A stretch of DNA of 51,313 nt from Clostridia bacterium. Lineage in GTDB: Bacteria > Bacillota > Clostridia > UMGS1883 > UMGS1540. Shown here one piece after another: positions 24,750-34,416 of the stretch. The stretch's first letter is position 1, and each line of letters begins with the position of its first letter. The stretch is from contig JAZNUH010000007.1 in NCBI GenBank assembly GCA_045592225.1, forward strand, positions 1 to 51,313, read 5' to 3'. Under the pieces are notes generated by a model. That model ran no database searches. It was not told the origin of the DNA and worked only from the letters and a program-made list of their open reading frames with translations. Position numbers and translations under genes: made by a program.

Positions 24750-26543
24750 TTATTCCTGCTCCTCTTGTGTCTTAACAATAGCTATACCAAGTTCGTCAAG
24801 CTGCTTCTGGTCAACATCACCGGGGGAAGCAACCATAAGCTCGGATGCGTTCTGCACTTTGGGGAAGGCAATTACGTCACGGATGGACGGGCAGCCGCAA
24901 AGAAGCATTGCCAGCCTGTCAAGACCGTATGCCATTCCGCCGTGGGGGGGAGTACCGTATTTGAAGGCTTCCATAAGGAATCCGAAACGTGACCATGCTT
25001 CTTCCTGACTCATACCGATAGCCTTGAACATTTTTTCCTGAAGCTCGCTGTTGTGAATTCTTATACTACCGCCACCTACTTCAACACCGTTTAATACGAT
25101 ATCGTAAGCCTTTGCAAGTACCTTTTCAGGTGCGGTTTCAAGAATATCCATATCCTCGTCACGGGGTGATGTGAAGGGATGATGCTTTGCTACATAGCGG
25201 TTTTCCTCCTCATCATATTCAAGAAGTGGGAAGTCTGTAACCCAAAGCAGGTTGAACTTTTCTTCATCAATCATATCAAGCTTTTTGGCAACATGAAGTC
25301 TTAAATTGCCAAGTGCATCATATACAACGTTATCCTTGTCGGCAACTATAAGCATAATATCGCCAACCTGAGCGTCAGCCTTTTTAAGGATTGCAGAAAT
25401 TTCTTCTTCACTGAAGAATTTTGCAATAGGACTTTTAAGCTCGTTTTCCAAAACGGAAATCCAGGCAAGACCCTTTGCTCTGTATGTTTTAACAAAATCG
25501 GTAAGTGCATCAAGTTCACGACGTGCAAACTTGTCAGCACCACCCTTTACGGTAATACAACGAACGCTGCCGCCATTTGCAACTGCATCGGCAAATACTT
25601 TAAAGCCGCAACCTGCAACAACCTTGGAGAGGTCGCAAAGCTCCATTTCAAAACGTGTATCAGGCTTGTCCGAACCGTAACGGTCCATAGCCTCGCTGTA
25701 GGGAAGGCGGGGAAGAGGTAATTCAATATCTATACCCTTTATTTCCTTAAATACCTTCTGGATGAATTTTTCGTTAACTTCTATAACATCATCAATGTCA
25801 ACAAAGGACATTTCAAGGTCAATCTGTGTAAATTCAGGCTGTCTGTCAGCACGAAGGTCCTCGTCGCGGAAGCATTTTGCTATCTGGAAGTATCTGTCAA
25901 AGCCGGAGAGCATAAGTGTCTGCTTATAAAGCTGAGGGGACTGGGGAAGAGCATAAAAGCTTCCGTTGTGCACACGGCTGGGAACAAGATAGTCACGCGC
26001 ACCCTCGGGTGTGCTCTTTGTAAGCATAGGAGTTTCGATTTCCAAAAATCCGTTCTGGTCATAATAGTCACGTGCAAGCTTTGCTATGCGGTGACGTGTA
26101 ATAAGATTCTGCTGAAGAGAAGGACGGCGAAGATCAAGATATCTGTACTTTAAGCGGATTTCTTCGCGTACATTAATGTCATCTGTAACCATAAAGGGAG
26201 GAGTTTCAGACTTGGAAAGAATGCGAAGCTCTGTAAGAGCAATTTCAAGTTCGCCTGTCTTTACCTTGTTGTTTATAGCTTCAGGCGCTCTTTTTACAAC
26301 CCTACCTACAGCGGCAACAACATATTCCTGACGGAGCTTTTCAGCCTCTTCGTATATTGCCTTGTTTTCTTCGTTTACAACAATCTGTACAACGCCGCTT
26401 CTGTCACGGATGTAAGCAAATATAACTCCGCCCAGGTTACGTACGCGCTGTACCCAGCCCATAATGGTAACCTGAGTATCAATATCCTTCATTGAAATTT
26501 CTTCACACATGTGAGTTCTCTTAAGTCCTTTTAAGCTTGCCAT
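24750..26543 (-). CDS. aspS: Aspartate--tRNA ligase
   Basis: The OB-fold N-terminus, class II motifs (FRDEDLRADRQPEFTQID, GGGSIRIH, GLDR) and a length of ~597 aa all fit AspS. The start was re-set to the ATG at 26543, next to the hisS stop. Confidence 0.92.
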   Translation of the reverse strand: MASLKGLKRTHMCEEISMKDIDTQVTIMGWVQRVRNLGGVIFAYIRDRSGVVQIVVNEENKAIYEEAEKLRQEYVVAAVGRVVKRAPEAINNKVKTGELEIALTELRILSKSETPPFMVTDDINVREEIRLKYRYLDLRRPSLQQNLITRHRIAKLARDYYDQNGFLEIETPMLTKSTPEGARDYLVPSRVHNGSFYALPQSPQLYKQTLMLSGFDRYFQIAKCFRDEDLRADRQPEFTQIDLEMSFVDIDDVIEVNEKFIQKVFKEIKGIDIELPLPRLPYSEAMDRYGSDKPDTRFEMELCDLSKVVAGCGFKVFADAVANGGSVRCITVKGGADKFARRELDALTDFVKTYRAKGLAWISVLENELKSPIAKFFSEEEISAILKKADAQVGDIMLIVADKDNVVYDALGNLRLHVAKKLDMIDEEKFNLLWVTDFPLLEYDEEENRYVAKHHPFTSPRDEDMDILETAPEKVLAKAYDIVLNGVEVGGGSIRIHNSELQEKMFKAIGMSQEEAWSRFGFLMEAFKYGTPPHGGMAYGLDRLAMLLCGCPSIRDVIAFPKVQNASELMVASPGDVDQKQLDELGIAIVKTQEEQE

Positions 26544-26544
26544 T

Positions 26545-27813
26545 TTATTTGTCCTCATTTCCTGTTAATATATTTTTTATTTCTTCAATATTGTTTATGT
26601 TTACAGGTGTCTGCACCTTGTCGCTCATATTTTTAAGCTGTGCATTGCCGGAGTTTACTTCGTCCTCGCCAAGCACTACTACATAACGTGCATTCATTCT
26701 GTCGGCGTTTTTCATCTGTGCTTTAAGTGAGCGGGAAAGATGGTCGCACTCTGCATATATACCGGCTTTCCTTAACTTATAAGCAAGGTTCAGCGCCGCT
26801 TCAGTCTGTCCTATTGATGCAACATATATATCGGGCGGAGCCGCCTGTGCAGCCTGTGTACCCTGTGCGTCAAGAACAAGAAGTAAACGTTCAAGACCTG
26901 TTGCAAAACCCATACCGGGGGTGGAGGGGCCACCTAAAATTTCCATAAGTCCGTCGTAACGTCCGCCACCGCAAACAGTACCCTGTGCACCAATCTGTGT
27001 GGAAACAAATTCAAATACTGTTCTTGTGTAATAGTCAAGACCGCGGACAATGGAGGGGTCAACCTCATATTTTATTCCCATCTTATCAAGATAGCCTTTT
27101 ACAGCATCAAAATGGTCGGAGCATTCGTCACAAAGATAATCAAGAATAGAGGGAGCACCTGCGGCAACTTCTTTACATATGGGTGACTTACAGTCAATTA
27201 TTCTCATAGGATTTTGTGTAAGTCTGCGGTTGCAGGTTTCGCAAAGTGTTTCCTTGTGTGCTGTGAGGTATTCTGTCAGCGCTTTGTTATATTCCTTGCG
27301 GCAGGCGGGACAACCAATACTGTTAATGTTGAGAGAAAGTCCTGTAATGCCAATGTTTTCGAAGATAGTGTTTGCAAGGGCGATTATTTCTGCATCAACA
27401 CTGGGCTCGGCACTGCCAAAAATTTCAACACCAAACTGGTGGAATTCACGCAGTCTGCCTGCCTGAGGCTTTTCGTATCTGTAACATGCTATGTCATAGA
27501 AAAGCTTTGTGGGCTGGGGCTGTGCATAAAGCGAATGTTCAATATATGCACGTGCGGCAGAAGCTGTGCCTTCGGGACGCAATGTAATAGAACGTTCCGC
27601 CTTGTCAAGGAATGTGTACATTTCCTTTTGCACAACATCTGTTGTATCGCCCATGCCGTGTTCAAACAGTTCTGTGTGTTCGAACACAGGAGTGCGTATT
27701 TCTGAAAAGCCGAATGTCCGGGCAGTTTCAGCAGCTATACTTTGTATTCTTTTCCAGGCGGGGACAGCCTCGGGCAAAATGTCCGCCGTGCCTCTGGGAG
27801 CTTTAATATTCAT
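26545..27813 (-). CDS. hisS: Histidine--tRNA ligase
   Basis: MNIKAPRGTADILP.., class II motifs (LRPEGTA, FHQFGVE, GGGRYDGL). The ATG at 27813 has an AAAGGA RBS. Confidence 0.92.
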   Translation of the reverse strand: MNIKAPRGTADILPEAVPAWKRIQSIAAETARTFGFSEIRTPVFEHTELFEHGMGDTTDVVQKEMYTFLDKAERSITLRPEGTASAARAYIEHSLYAQPQPTKLFYDIACYRYEKPQAGRLREFHQFGVEIFGSAEPSVDAEIIALANTIFENIGITGLSLNINSIGCPACRKEYNKALTEYLTAHKETLCETCNRRLTQNPMRIIDCKSPICKEVAAGAPSILDYLCDECSDHFDAVKGYLDKMGIKYEVDPSIVRGLDYYTRTVFEFVSTQIGAQGTVCGGGRYDGLMEILGGPSTPGMGFATGLERLLLVLDAQGTQAAQAAPPDIYVASIGQTEAALNLAYKLRKAGIYAECDHLSRSLKAQMKNADRMNARYVVVLGEDEVNSGNAQLKNMSDKVQTPVNINNIEEIKNILTGNEDK

Positions 27814-27854
27814 TTCGTTTTTCCTTTCAAAAGTCAAATTTCGTCTTTCATATC

Positions 27855-27883
27855 ATTTTATACAAAGTATGCCCGAATGTCAA
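27855..27883 (-). promoter_or_regulatory. Sigma-A promoter of the hisS-aspS operon (short leader, no T-box)
   Basis: On the minus strand: TTGACA (27883-27878), 17-nt spacer, TAAAAT (27860-27855). That leaves only ~35 nt to the hisS ATG. Confidence 0.55.
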
Positions 27884-27951
27884 GATTTTTTACCTTATAA
27901 ACCTCTTTTTTGCTATAAATAATATATAAGAAGAAAAAACCGACAAAAGGC

Positions 27952-27981
27952 ATTGACATTCCGGTATATGTTTTGGTATAA
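27952..27981 (+). promoter_or_regulatory. Sigma-A promoter (extended -10) for the PFOR gene
   Basis: TTGACA (27952-27957), 18-nt spacer ending in TGG, TATAAT (27976-27981). Confidence 0.6.
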
Positions 27982-28037
27982 TACTATGGTATAATTTTAT
28001 ATAGTGGCAAATTAATATAAAACAGGAGGTAACACAC

Positions 28038-31000
28038 ATGGCAAGAAAAATGAAAACCATGGACGGTAACAACGCCGCCGCATGGGCGTCCTATGCTTTT
28101 ACTGATGTTGCGGCTATCTACCCGATAACACCCTCTTCAGTTATGGCAGAGGTTACAGACGAATGGGCAGTTGACAAGAAAGAAAATATTTTTGGTCAGC
28201 CCGTAAAGGTTGTGGAAATGCAGTCCGAAGCCGGTGCAGCAGGTGCTGTTCACGGTTCACTGGCAGCTGGTGCTCTTACAACCACATATACAGCTTCACA
28301 GGGTCTGCTTCTTATGATTCCCAATATGTATAAAATGGCGGGTGAACTGCTTCCCTCGGTTATACACGTAAGTGCACGTTGTGTAGCATCACACGCTCTT
28401 AACATTTTTGGCGATCATTCCGACGTTATGGCATGTCGTCAGACAGGTTATGCAATGCTCTGCTCCAACAGCCCTCAGGAAGTTATGGATTTAGGTGCAG
28501 TTGCACATCTGGCAGCTATTAAGGGCAAGGTTCCCTTCCTTCATTTCTTTGACGGCTTCAGAACATCTCACGAAATCGATAAAATCGAAACATGGGATTA
28601 TGCTGATCTTAAAGAAATGGTTGATATGGATGCAGTTCGCGAATTCCGTAACAACGCACTCAATCCCGAACGTCCCGTTCTCCGCGGCAGCGCGCAGAAC
28701 CCTGACATCTTCTTCCAGAACAGAGAAGCATGTAACACATACTACAATAATGTTCCTGCAATTGTTGAGGAATATATGAACAAGGTTAACGCTAAGATCG
28801 GCACAAACTACGGTCTTGTTAATTACTACGGCGCTCCCGATGCTGAAAAGATTATCGTTGCAATGGGTTCCGTTTGTGAAACTATTGAAGAAACAATTGA
28901 TTACCTTACAGCTAAAGGTGAAAAGGTTGGTCTTATCAAGGTTCACCTTTACAGACCTTTCCCCAAGGACGCATTCCTCAAGGCTGTTCCTGCAACATGT
29001 AAGAAGATTGCAGTTTTAGACAGAACAAAAGAACCCGGTTCCCTTGGCGAACCTCTTTATCTTGATGTTTGCGCTTGCTACACAGGTAACGCATCTGCAC
29101 CCATGATCATTGGTGGTAGATACGGTCTTGGTTCCAAAGACACAATTCCTGCTGATATCATTGCAACATACAGAAATCTTGATGCGGCTGCACCTGTTCA
29201 GGGCTTCACACTCTCCATCGAAGATGACGTTACAAATCTTTCACTTGCAAGAGTAGAAAATCCCGACACATCTGCAGAAGGCAACACAGCTTGTAAGTTC
29301 TGGGGTCTTGGTTCCGACGGTACAGTTGGTGCTAACAAGAACTCCATTAAGATTATAGGTGACCATACAGACCTTTTTGCACAGGCATATTTCGCATATG
29401 ACTCCAAAAAGTCCGGTGGTATCACAGTTTCTCACTTAAGATTTGGTAAGAAACCTATTAAATCAACATACCTCATCAATAAGGCTAACTTCGTAGCATG
29501 TCATAACCCCTCCTATGTGGACAAGTATGACATGGTTCAGGACCTTGTTCCCGGCGGTAAGTTCCTCTTGAACTGCGCATGGGATGAAAAGGAACTGGGC
29601 GAAAGACTGCCTGCAAAGATGAAGAGATACATTGCAGAAAACAACATTTCCCTCTACACTATCGATGCTATCGGTATTGCAAAGGAACTGGGTCTCGGCA
29701 ACAAGACCTCCATCGTTTTACAGTCTGCATTCTTCAAGCTTGCAAACGTTATTCCCTTTGAAGATGCTGTTGAATATATGAGAGCAGCAGTTGTTAAATC
29801 CTTCGGCGCAAAGGGTGAAAAGATAGTTAACATGAACCATGCAGCTATCGTTGAAGGTGAAAAGAATATTAAGGAAGTTTCTGTTCCTGCTGACTGGGCA
29901 AATGCACAGGATGTTGCAGAAGTTGAAAAGGATCTTCCTCCTTATATCAAAAACGTACTCATTCCCTGCAACAAGCAGGAGGGTGATAAGATTGCCGTTT
30001 CCACATTTATGGATATGGTTGACGGTCATCTGCCTCAGGGTGCAGCTGCATACGAAAAGAGAGGTATTGCAGTAGATGTTCCTGAATGGATTCCCGAAAA
30101 TTGTATTCAGTGTAACCAGTGTGCAATGGTTTGTCCTCACGCTGTAATCCGTCCCTTCGCTTTAAATGCTGAAGAAGTTGCTGCAGCTCCTGCATCACTC
30201 AAGGCTAAGAAGATGAACGGTAAGGGCATGGAAAACTATCAGTTCACAATGGCTGTTTCACCTCTTGATTGTAGCGGTTGCGGCAACTGTGCAAAGGTTT
30301 GTCCTGCTAAGGAAAAAGCCCTTGTTATGAAGCCCATCGATACACAGAGAGAGCAGCAGGCAGCATTCGACTACGCTGTTAAGACTTCTGTTAAGGAAGA
30401 TGTTCTGGCAGGTGCTACAACTGTTAAAAACGTACAGTTCCACCAGCCCCTCCTTGAATTCTCCGGCGCATGTGCAGGTTGTGGTGAAACACCTTATGCA
30501 AAACTCGTTACACAGATTTGCGGTGACAGAGCATACATCTCCAATGCAACAGGTTGTTCTTCAATCTGGGGCGGAAGTGCTCCCTCAACACCTTACACAA
30601 CAAACTACAAGGGACATGGTCCTGCATGGGCTAACTCTCTGTTTGAAGATAATGCTGAACACGGTCTGGGTATGGCTGTTGCAGCAAAACAGATAAGAGA
30701 AAGACTTGCAAATCAGGTTGCAGCACTTCCCTGTGAAGGCGTTAAAGCAGCGGCTGCAAAATGGATGGACAGCTACAATGATGGTGCGGCTAACCAGAAG
30801 GATACAGAAGAACTTATCGCTGCTCTTGAAGCTTGCGGTTCTGACGAAGCTAAAGAAATTCTTAACTTCAAAGAATACCTCTCCAAGAAGGCTGTTTGGA
30901 TCTTCGGCGGTGACGGTTGGGCATACGATATCGGTTTTGGCGGTCTTGACCATGTTCTCGCATCCGGTGAAGATGTAAACATTATGGTATTTGATACAGA

Positions 31001-31541
31001 AGTTTACTCCAACACAGGCGGACAGGCTTCCAAGTCCACACCTACAGGTGCTGTTGCTCAGTTTGCAGCAGGCGGTAAGCCCATCAAGAAAAAGAACCTT
31101 GCAGAAATCGCAATGTCCTACGGTTATGTATACGTAGCACAGGTTGCTATGGGTTATGATATGGCACAGACAGTTAAGGCTATTAAAGAAGCTGAAAGCT
31201 ACAACGGTCCTTCCATCATAATTGGTTATGCTCCCTGTATCAACCACGGTATCAAGGGCGGTATGACAGATACACAGAGAGTTATTAAGAATGCAGTTCT
31301 GGCAGGTTACTGGCATACATTCAGATTTGACCCCAGAAACGTTGAAGCAGGTAAGAACCCCTTCACAATGGATTCCAAGGCTCCCGATGCATCCTACAGA
31401 GACTTTATAATGAACGAAGTTCGTTACAGCTCACTTGCTCGTAAATTCCCCGATAAGGCTGAAGAACTGTTCACAGTTGCTGAACAGCAGGCTAAGGAGA
31501 AGTATGAACATTGGATGAAATACAGTAAACTGTTTGAATAA
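28038..31541 (+). CDS. nifJ: Pyruvate:ferredoxin (flavodoxin) oxidoreductase
   Basis: 1167 aa, single-chain PFOR. It has the N-terminus MDGNNAAAWASYAFTDVAAIYPITPSS, two ferredoxin-type clusters (CIQCNQCAMVCPH, CSGCGNCAKVCP) and a TPP motif GGDGWAYDIGFGGLDH. Confidence 0.95.
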   Translation: MARKMKTMDGNNAAAWASYAFTDVAAIYPITPSSVMAEVTDEWAVDKKENIFGQPVKVVEMQSEAGAAGAVHGSLAAGALTTTYTASQGLLLMIPNMYKMAGELLPSVIHVSARCVASHALNIFGDHSDVMACRQTGYAMLCSNSPQEVMDLGAVAHLAAIKGKVPFLHFFDGFRTSHEIDKIETWDYADLKEMVDMDAVREFRNNALNPERPVLRGSAQNPDIFFQNREACNTYYNNVPAIVEEYMNKVNAKIGTNYGLVNYYGAPDAEKIIVAMGSVCETIEETIDYLTAKGEKVGLIKVHLYRPFPKDAFLKAVPATCKKIAVLDRTKEPGSLGEPLYLDVCACYTGNASAPMIIGGRYGLGSKDTIPADIIATYRNLDAAAPVQGFTLSIEDDVTNLSLARVENPDTSAEGNTACKFWGLGSDGTVGANKNSIKIIGDHTDLFAQAYFAYDSKKSGGITVSHLRFGKKPIKSTYLINKANFVACHNPSYVDKYDMVQDLVPGGKFLLNCAWDEKELGERLPAKMKRYIAENNISLYTIDAIGIAKELGLGNKTSIVLQSAFFKLANVIPFEDAVEYMRAAVVKSFGAKGEKIVNMNHAAIVEGEKNIKEVSVPADWANAQDVAEVEKDLPPYIKNVLIPCNKQEGDKIAVSTFMDMVDGHLPQGAAAYEKRGIAVDVPEWIPENCIQCNQCAMVCPHAVIRPFALNAEEVAAAPASLKAKKMNGKGMENYQFTMAVSPLDCSGCGNCAKVCPAKEKALVMKPIDTQREQQAAFDYAVKTSVKEDVLAGATTVKNVQFHQPLLEFSGACAGCGETPYAKLVTQICGDRAYISNATGCSSIWGGSAPSTPYTTNYKGHGPAWANSLFEDNAEHGLGMAVAAKQIRERLANQVAALPCEGVKAAAAKWMDSYNDGAANQKDTEELIAALEACGSDEAKEILNFKEYLSKKAVWIFGGDGWAYDIGFGGLDHVLASGEDVNIMVFDTEVYSNTGGQASKSTPTGAVAQFAAGGKPIKKKNLAEIAMSYGYVYVAQVAMGYDMAQTVKAIKEAESYNGPSIIIGYAPCINHGIKGGMTDTQRVIKNAVLAGYWHTFRFDPRNVEAGKNPFTMDSKAPDASYRDFIMNEVRYSSLARKFPDKAEELFTVAEQQAKEKYEHWMKYSKLFE

Positions 31542-31550
31542 TCAGTAACT

Positions 31551-31585
31551 AAAAAGGCGCACACTCAGAAGAGTGTGCGCCTTTA
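31551..31585 (+). terminator. Intrinsic terminator after the PFOR gene
   Basis: GGCGCACACTC-AGAA-GAGTGTGCGCC 11-bp stem followed by TTT. Confidence 0.75.
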
Positions 31586-31848
31586 AAATGCTTCAATTAA
31601 AGAGTATGGCAACGAGCAAGAACCTGTTCGGCTTCCTGTCTGTCGCTTACAGCCATTTTATAATTTATTCCGGTTCTGTATTTTTTAAAGTCAAGAGAAT
31701 CGAAATCCTTTTTTGTAAAAGTATTTACTTTGAAGTGGATTTATGTTATAAAAATTATAGTACAATCAGGGCTTTATTTCAATGTTTCGTAGTAAACCGC
31801 ATAATAATATGCAAAATAAAACAAAAAAGTACAAAAATGGAGTAAAAT

Positions 31849-32253
31849 ATGAGTAAATTTCCCTACGAGGATATAATTAATTTATCCCGACCAAAATCAA
31901 ACAGAGAAAAAATGTCCATGTCAGACCGTGCGGCACAGTTTTCACCGTTTGCCGCAGTTGTCGGACACGATGCTGCTGTAGAAGAAACTGCACGTGTAAC
32001 CGACAGAAAAATTGAGCTGGATGAGTATGCAAAGGAATCGGTAAATGCTAAACTGCAAAGCATTTTTGAGCGTATAAGCGACAAACCTGAGGCAACAATA
32101 ACCTATTTTGTGCCTGATATAAAAAAAGCCGGAGGAAGCTACCAGACAGTTACACGGCGCATTAAAAAGATTAACGAAATCAAGCGAGTGCTTGTACTTG
32201 AAGATAATGAAGATATACCTATTGATGATATTTTTGAAATAGAGATAATATAA
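31849..32253 (+). CDS. YolD-like family protein
   Basis: 134 aa. The pattern ..RPKSNREKMSMSDRAAQFSPFAAVVGHDAAVEETARVTD.. and the C-terminal ..IPIDDIFEIEI match what I recall of clostridial YolD-like proteins. TGGAG RBS. Confidence 0.55.
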   Translation: MSKFPYEDIINLSRPKSNREKMSMSDRAAQFSPFAAVVGHDAAVEETARVTDRKIELDEYAKESVNAKLQSIFERISDKPEATITYFVPDIKKAGGSYQTVTRRIKKINEIKRVLVLEDNEDIPIDDIFEIEII

Positions 32254-32282
32254 AAACGGATGCAACCAGCATCCGTTTTTTA

Positions 32283-33014
32283 TTACGCTTTTCTTCGTCC
32301 GCCTTTTATGATGTATAAGCCCGACCATAACAGCAGTAAGGCTATAACTGCAAAAACAATGTCGCTGTAAGGGAATGAAATGTTAAATCTGTATATAAGT
32401 GCATTAGCTGTATTAAATAAAATATGAATTGCTATGGGCATATAAATGTTCCCTGAACGCCTGTAGGAAATTCCAAGGCAAAGACCGACTATAAATGTGT
32501 AAATACCCTGAATAATATTCCCGTGTACAACAGCGAAAAGCAAAGCCTGAATTATATTAGCAATGTGAAAAGGCATAACAGGTGTCATTTCGCCTAAAAT
32601 TATTCCGCGGAACATTATTTCTTCAAAGGCAGGAGCAATTATACAAACGGTTACAAGTGCCAGAGTAAAGCTACCGTCAAATATTCCCGAAACGGCATCA
32701 CGGTAGCTTTGTGCATACTGTGAAAGCAGTTGAGTGTGGGTAACAGCAAAAGCGGCAAGCCATAAACCGGTGGTAACTAAAAACACAGCGGCAATATTAA
32801 CGGGATGAAAATGATTTATGTAAAATCCTTTGCCTATATTAAGGTTTTGTTTATCCGTAATAAGAAAAATCCACAGTATAATCAGCGCATAAACAACAAT
32901 AGGGTAGAGGTCAGAGCTTACCCACGTCCATGTGCTGTCAGGCACAAAGTGGTGTGCATTATAAAATATAAGCAGATAAACAAAAACAAAAGCAAGACTT
33001 CTTAAAACTCTCAT
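32283..33014 (-). CDS. CPBP-family intramembrane glutamic endopeptidase (CAAX protease-like)
   Basis: A polytopic membrane protein with motifs EEIMFRG, FAVVHG and HILFN. Confidence 0.8.
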   Translation of the reverse strand: MRVLRSLAFVFVYLLIFYNAHHFVPDSTWTWVSSDLYPIVVYALIILWIFLITDKQNLNIGKGFYINHFHPVNIAAVFLVTTGLWLAAFAVTHTQLLSQYAQSYRDAVSGIFDGSFTLALVTVCIIAPAFEEIMFRGIILGEMTPVMPFHIANIIQALLFAVVHGNIIQGIYTFIVGLCLGISYRRSGNIYMPIAIHILFNTANALIYRFNISFPYSDIVFAVIALLLLWSGLYIIKGGRRKA

Positions 33015-33024
33015 ACTTTACTCC

Positions 33025-33816
33025 TTATGAAATCACAATACATTTCTGTGGACATTTTTCCGCACATTCGCCGCAGGAGGTACATTTCTTGTAATCTATA
33101 ACTGCAATACCGTCTGTAACGTGTATAGCATCATATTTACAGGTCTTTTCGCAAAGCTTACAGCTTATGCATCCTACCTGACAGTTCTTACGTACAATAG
33201 CACCCTTGTCCTTTGAAGAACACGCAACTGCAACGACAGCAGTGGCAGGTATAAGAGAAATGACGTTTCGGGGGCAAGCGGTCACGCAGGCACCACAACC
33301 GCCGCAAAGCTCGGGGTTAATTAATGCAACACCATTCTGTATGGAAATTGCATTGTTAACGCACTTTGATACACAAGAGCCAAAGCCAAGACAGGAGGTG
33401 GCACAACCTTTGTATCCGCCGCTTACAAGTGCTGCAGCATGACATTCTTTAATTCCTTTGTATTCAAATTTAATTCGTACATTGTCGCAGCTGCCCTGAC
33501 AGTGAACAAACGCCTTGCGAGGCTCGGCAGCTGTTGCTTCAACGCCCATTATCTGTGCAATTTTTGCACAGGCAGATGCCCCGCCGGGAGCACAAAGATT
33601 GACCTTGGCACCCTTTTCAACAATGGCGGAGGCGTAATCAGAGCAACCTGCAAAACCGCATCCGCCGCAGTTTGCACCGGGCAGAGCTTCGGTGATTTCA
33701 GGAATACGTTCATCCTTTTCTACTTTGAATATAATTGATGCTACAGCAAGACAGGCGCCAAGCACAAAGGCTATAACTGCCAGACTTACTGTAGGAAGAA
33801 TAATTGCTTCAAACAT
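33025..33816 (-). CDS. rnfB: Rnf electron-transport complex subunit B (polyferredoxin)
   Basis: N-terminal TM anchor, a CGGCGFAGC motif and several CxxCxxCxxxCP clusters. It is the last gene of the rnfCDGEAB cluster. Confidence 0.9.
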   Translation of the reverse strand: MFEAIILPTVSLAVIAFVLGACLAVASIIFKVEKDERIPEITEALPGANCGGCGFAGCSDYASAIVEKGAKVNLCAPGGASACAKIAQIMGVEATAAEPRKAFVHCQGSCDNVRIKFEYKGIKECHAAALVSGGYKGCATSCLGFGSCVSKCVNNAISIQNGVALINPELCGGCGACVTACPRNVISLIPATAVVAVACSSKDKGAIVRKNCQVGCISCKLCEKTCKYDAIHVTDGIAVIDYKKCTSCGECAEKCPQKCIVIS

Positions 33817-33831
33817 TTTTGTGTATCCTTT

Positions 33832-34416
33832 CTAAAACTTAAGTCCCTGAAAACCTAAAAATGCAAGGGAAAGAAGAGCGGCTGAAATAAGTGCTATGGG
33901 GAATCCCTGCAAAGGCTTGGGAATATCTGCAGTTTCAAGACGTTCACGAACACCTGCAAAAAGTAAAATTGCAACAGTAAAGCCGATGCCTGCAGAAGTA
34001 CCAAACACTACAGATTCAAGCATGTTGTATCCGTTTGCGGGATCAACAATTATAAGGGCAGAGCCTAAAACTGCACAGTTTGTTGTAATAAGGGGAAGAT
34101 AAATACCCAGAGCAGAGTAGAGCGAGGGACTTACCTTTTGCAAAAACATTTCGACAAACTGAACAAGCGCCGCAATAATAAGAATAAATGCAACTGTCTG
34201 CAGATATTCCATGTTAAAAGGAGCAAGCAGATAGGTTTGTACAATATATGTAAGGGCAGAAGAAATTGCCATTACAAATGTAACTGCCATACCCATGCCT
34301 ATAGCAGTATCTACTTTTTTGGAAACACCAAGAAAGGGACAAATACCTAAAAATCTTACAAGCACAAAATTATATATAAATATTGCACCTATGGAGATGG
34401 AAATAATATTACCCAT
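33832..34416 (-). CDS. rnfA: Rnf complex subunit A
   Basis: 194-aa polytopic membrane protein of the RnfA/NqrE type. Its start forms a TAATG overlap with rnfE. Confidence 0.9.
   Translation of the reverse strand: MGNIISISIGAIFIYNFVLVRFLGICPFLGVSKKVDTAIGMGMAVTFVMAISSALTYIVQTYLLAPFNMEYLQTVAFILIIAALVQFVEMFLQKVSPSLYSALGIYLPLITTNCAVLGSALIIVDPANGYNMLESVVFGTSAGIGFTVAILLFAGVRERLETADIPKPLQGFPIALISAALLSLAFLGFQGLKF

Noticed and set aside
27814-27951. T-box leader upstream of hisS
   Set aside because: The promoter-to-ATG distance is only ~35 nt. There is no specifier-loop, AGAGA or T-box (..GGTGGTACCGCG-like) sequence and no terminator/antiterminator pair.
31573-31845. 90-aa plus-strand ORF downstream of the PFOR gene
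   Set aside because: It starts inside the PFOR terminator and has no RBS. Its composition is low-complexity and Phe/Ile/Cys-rich, typical of translated AT-rich intergenic DNA.
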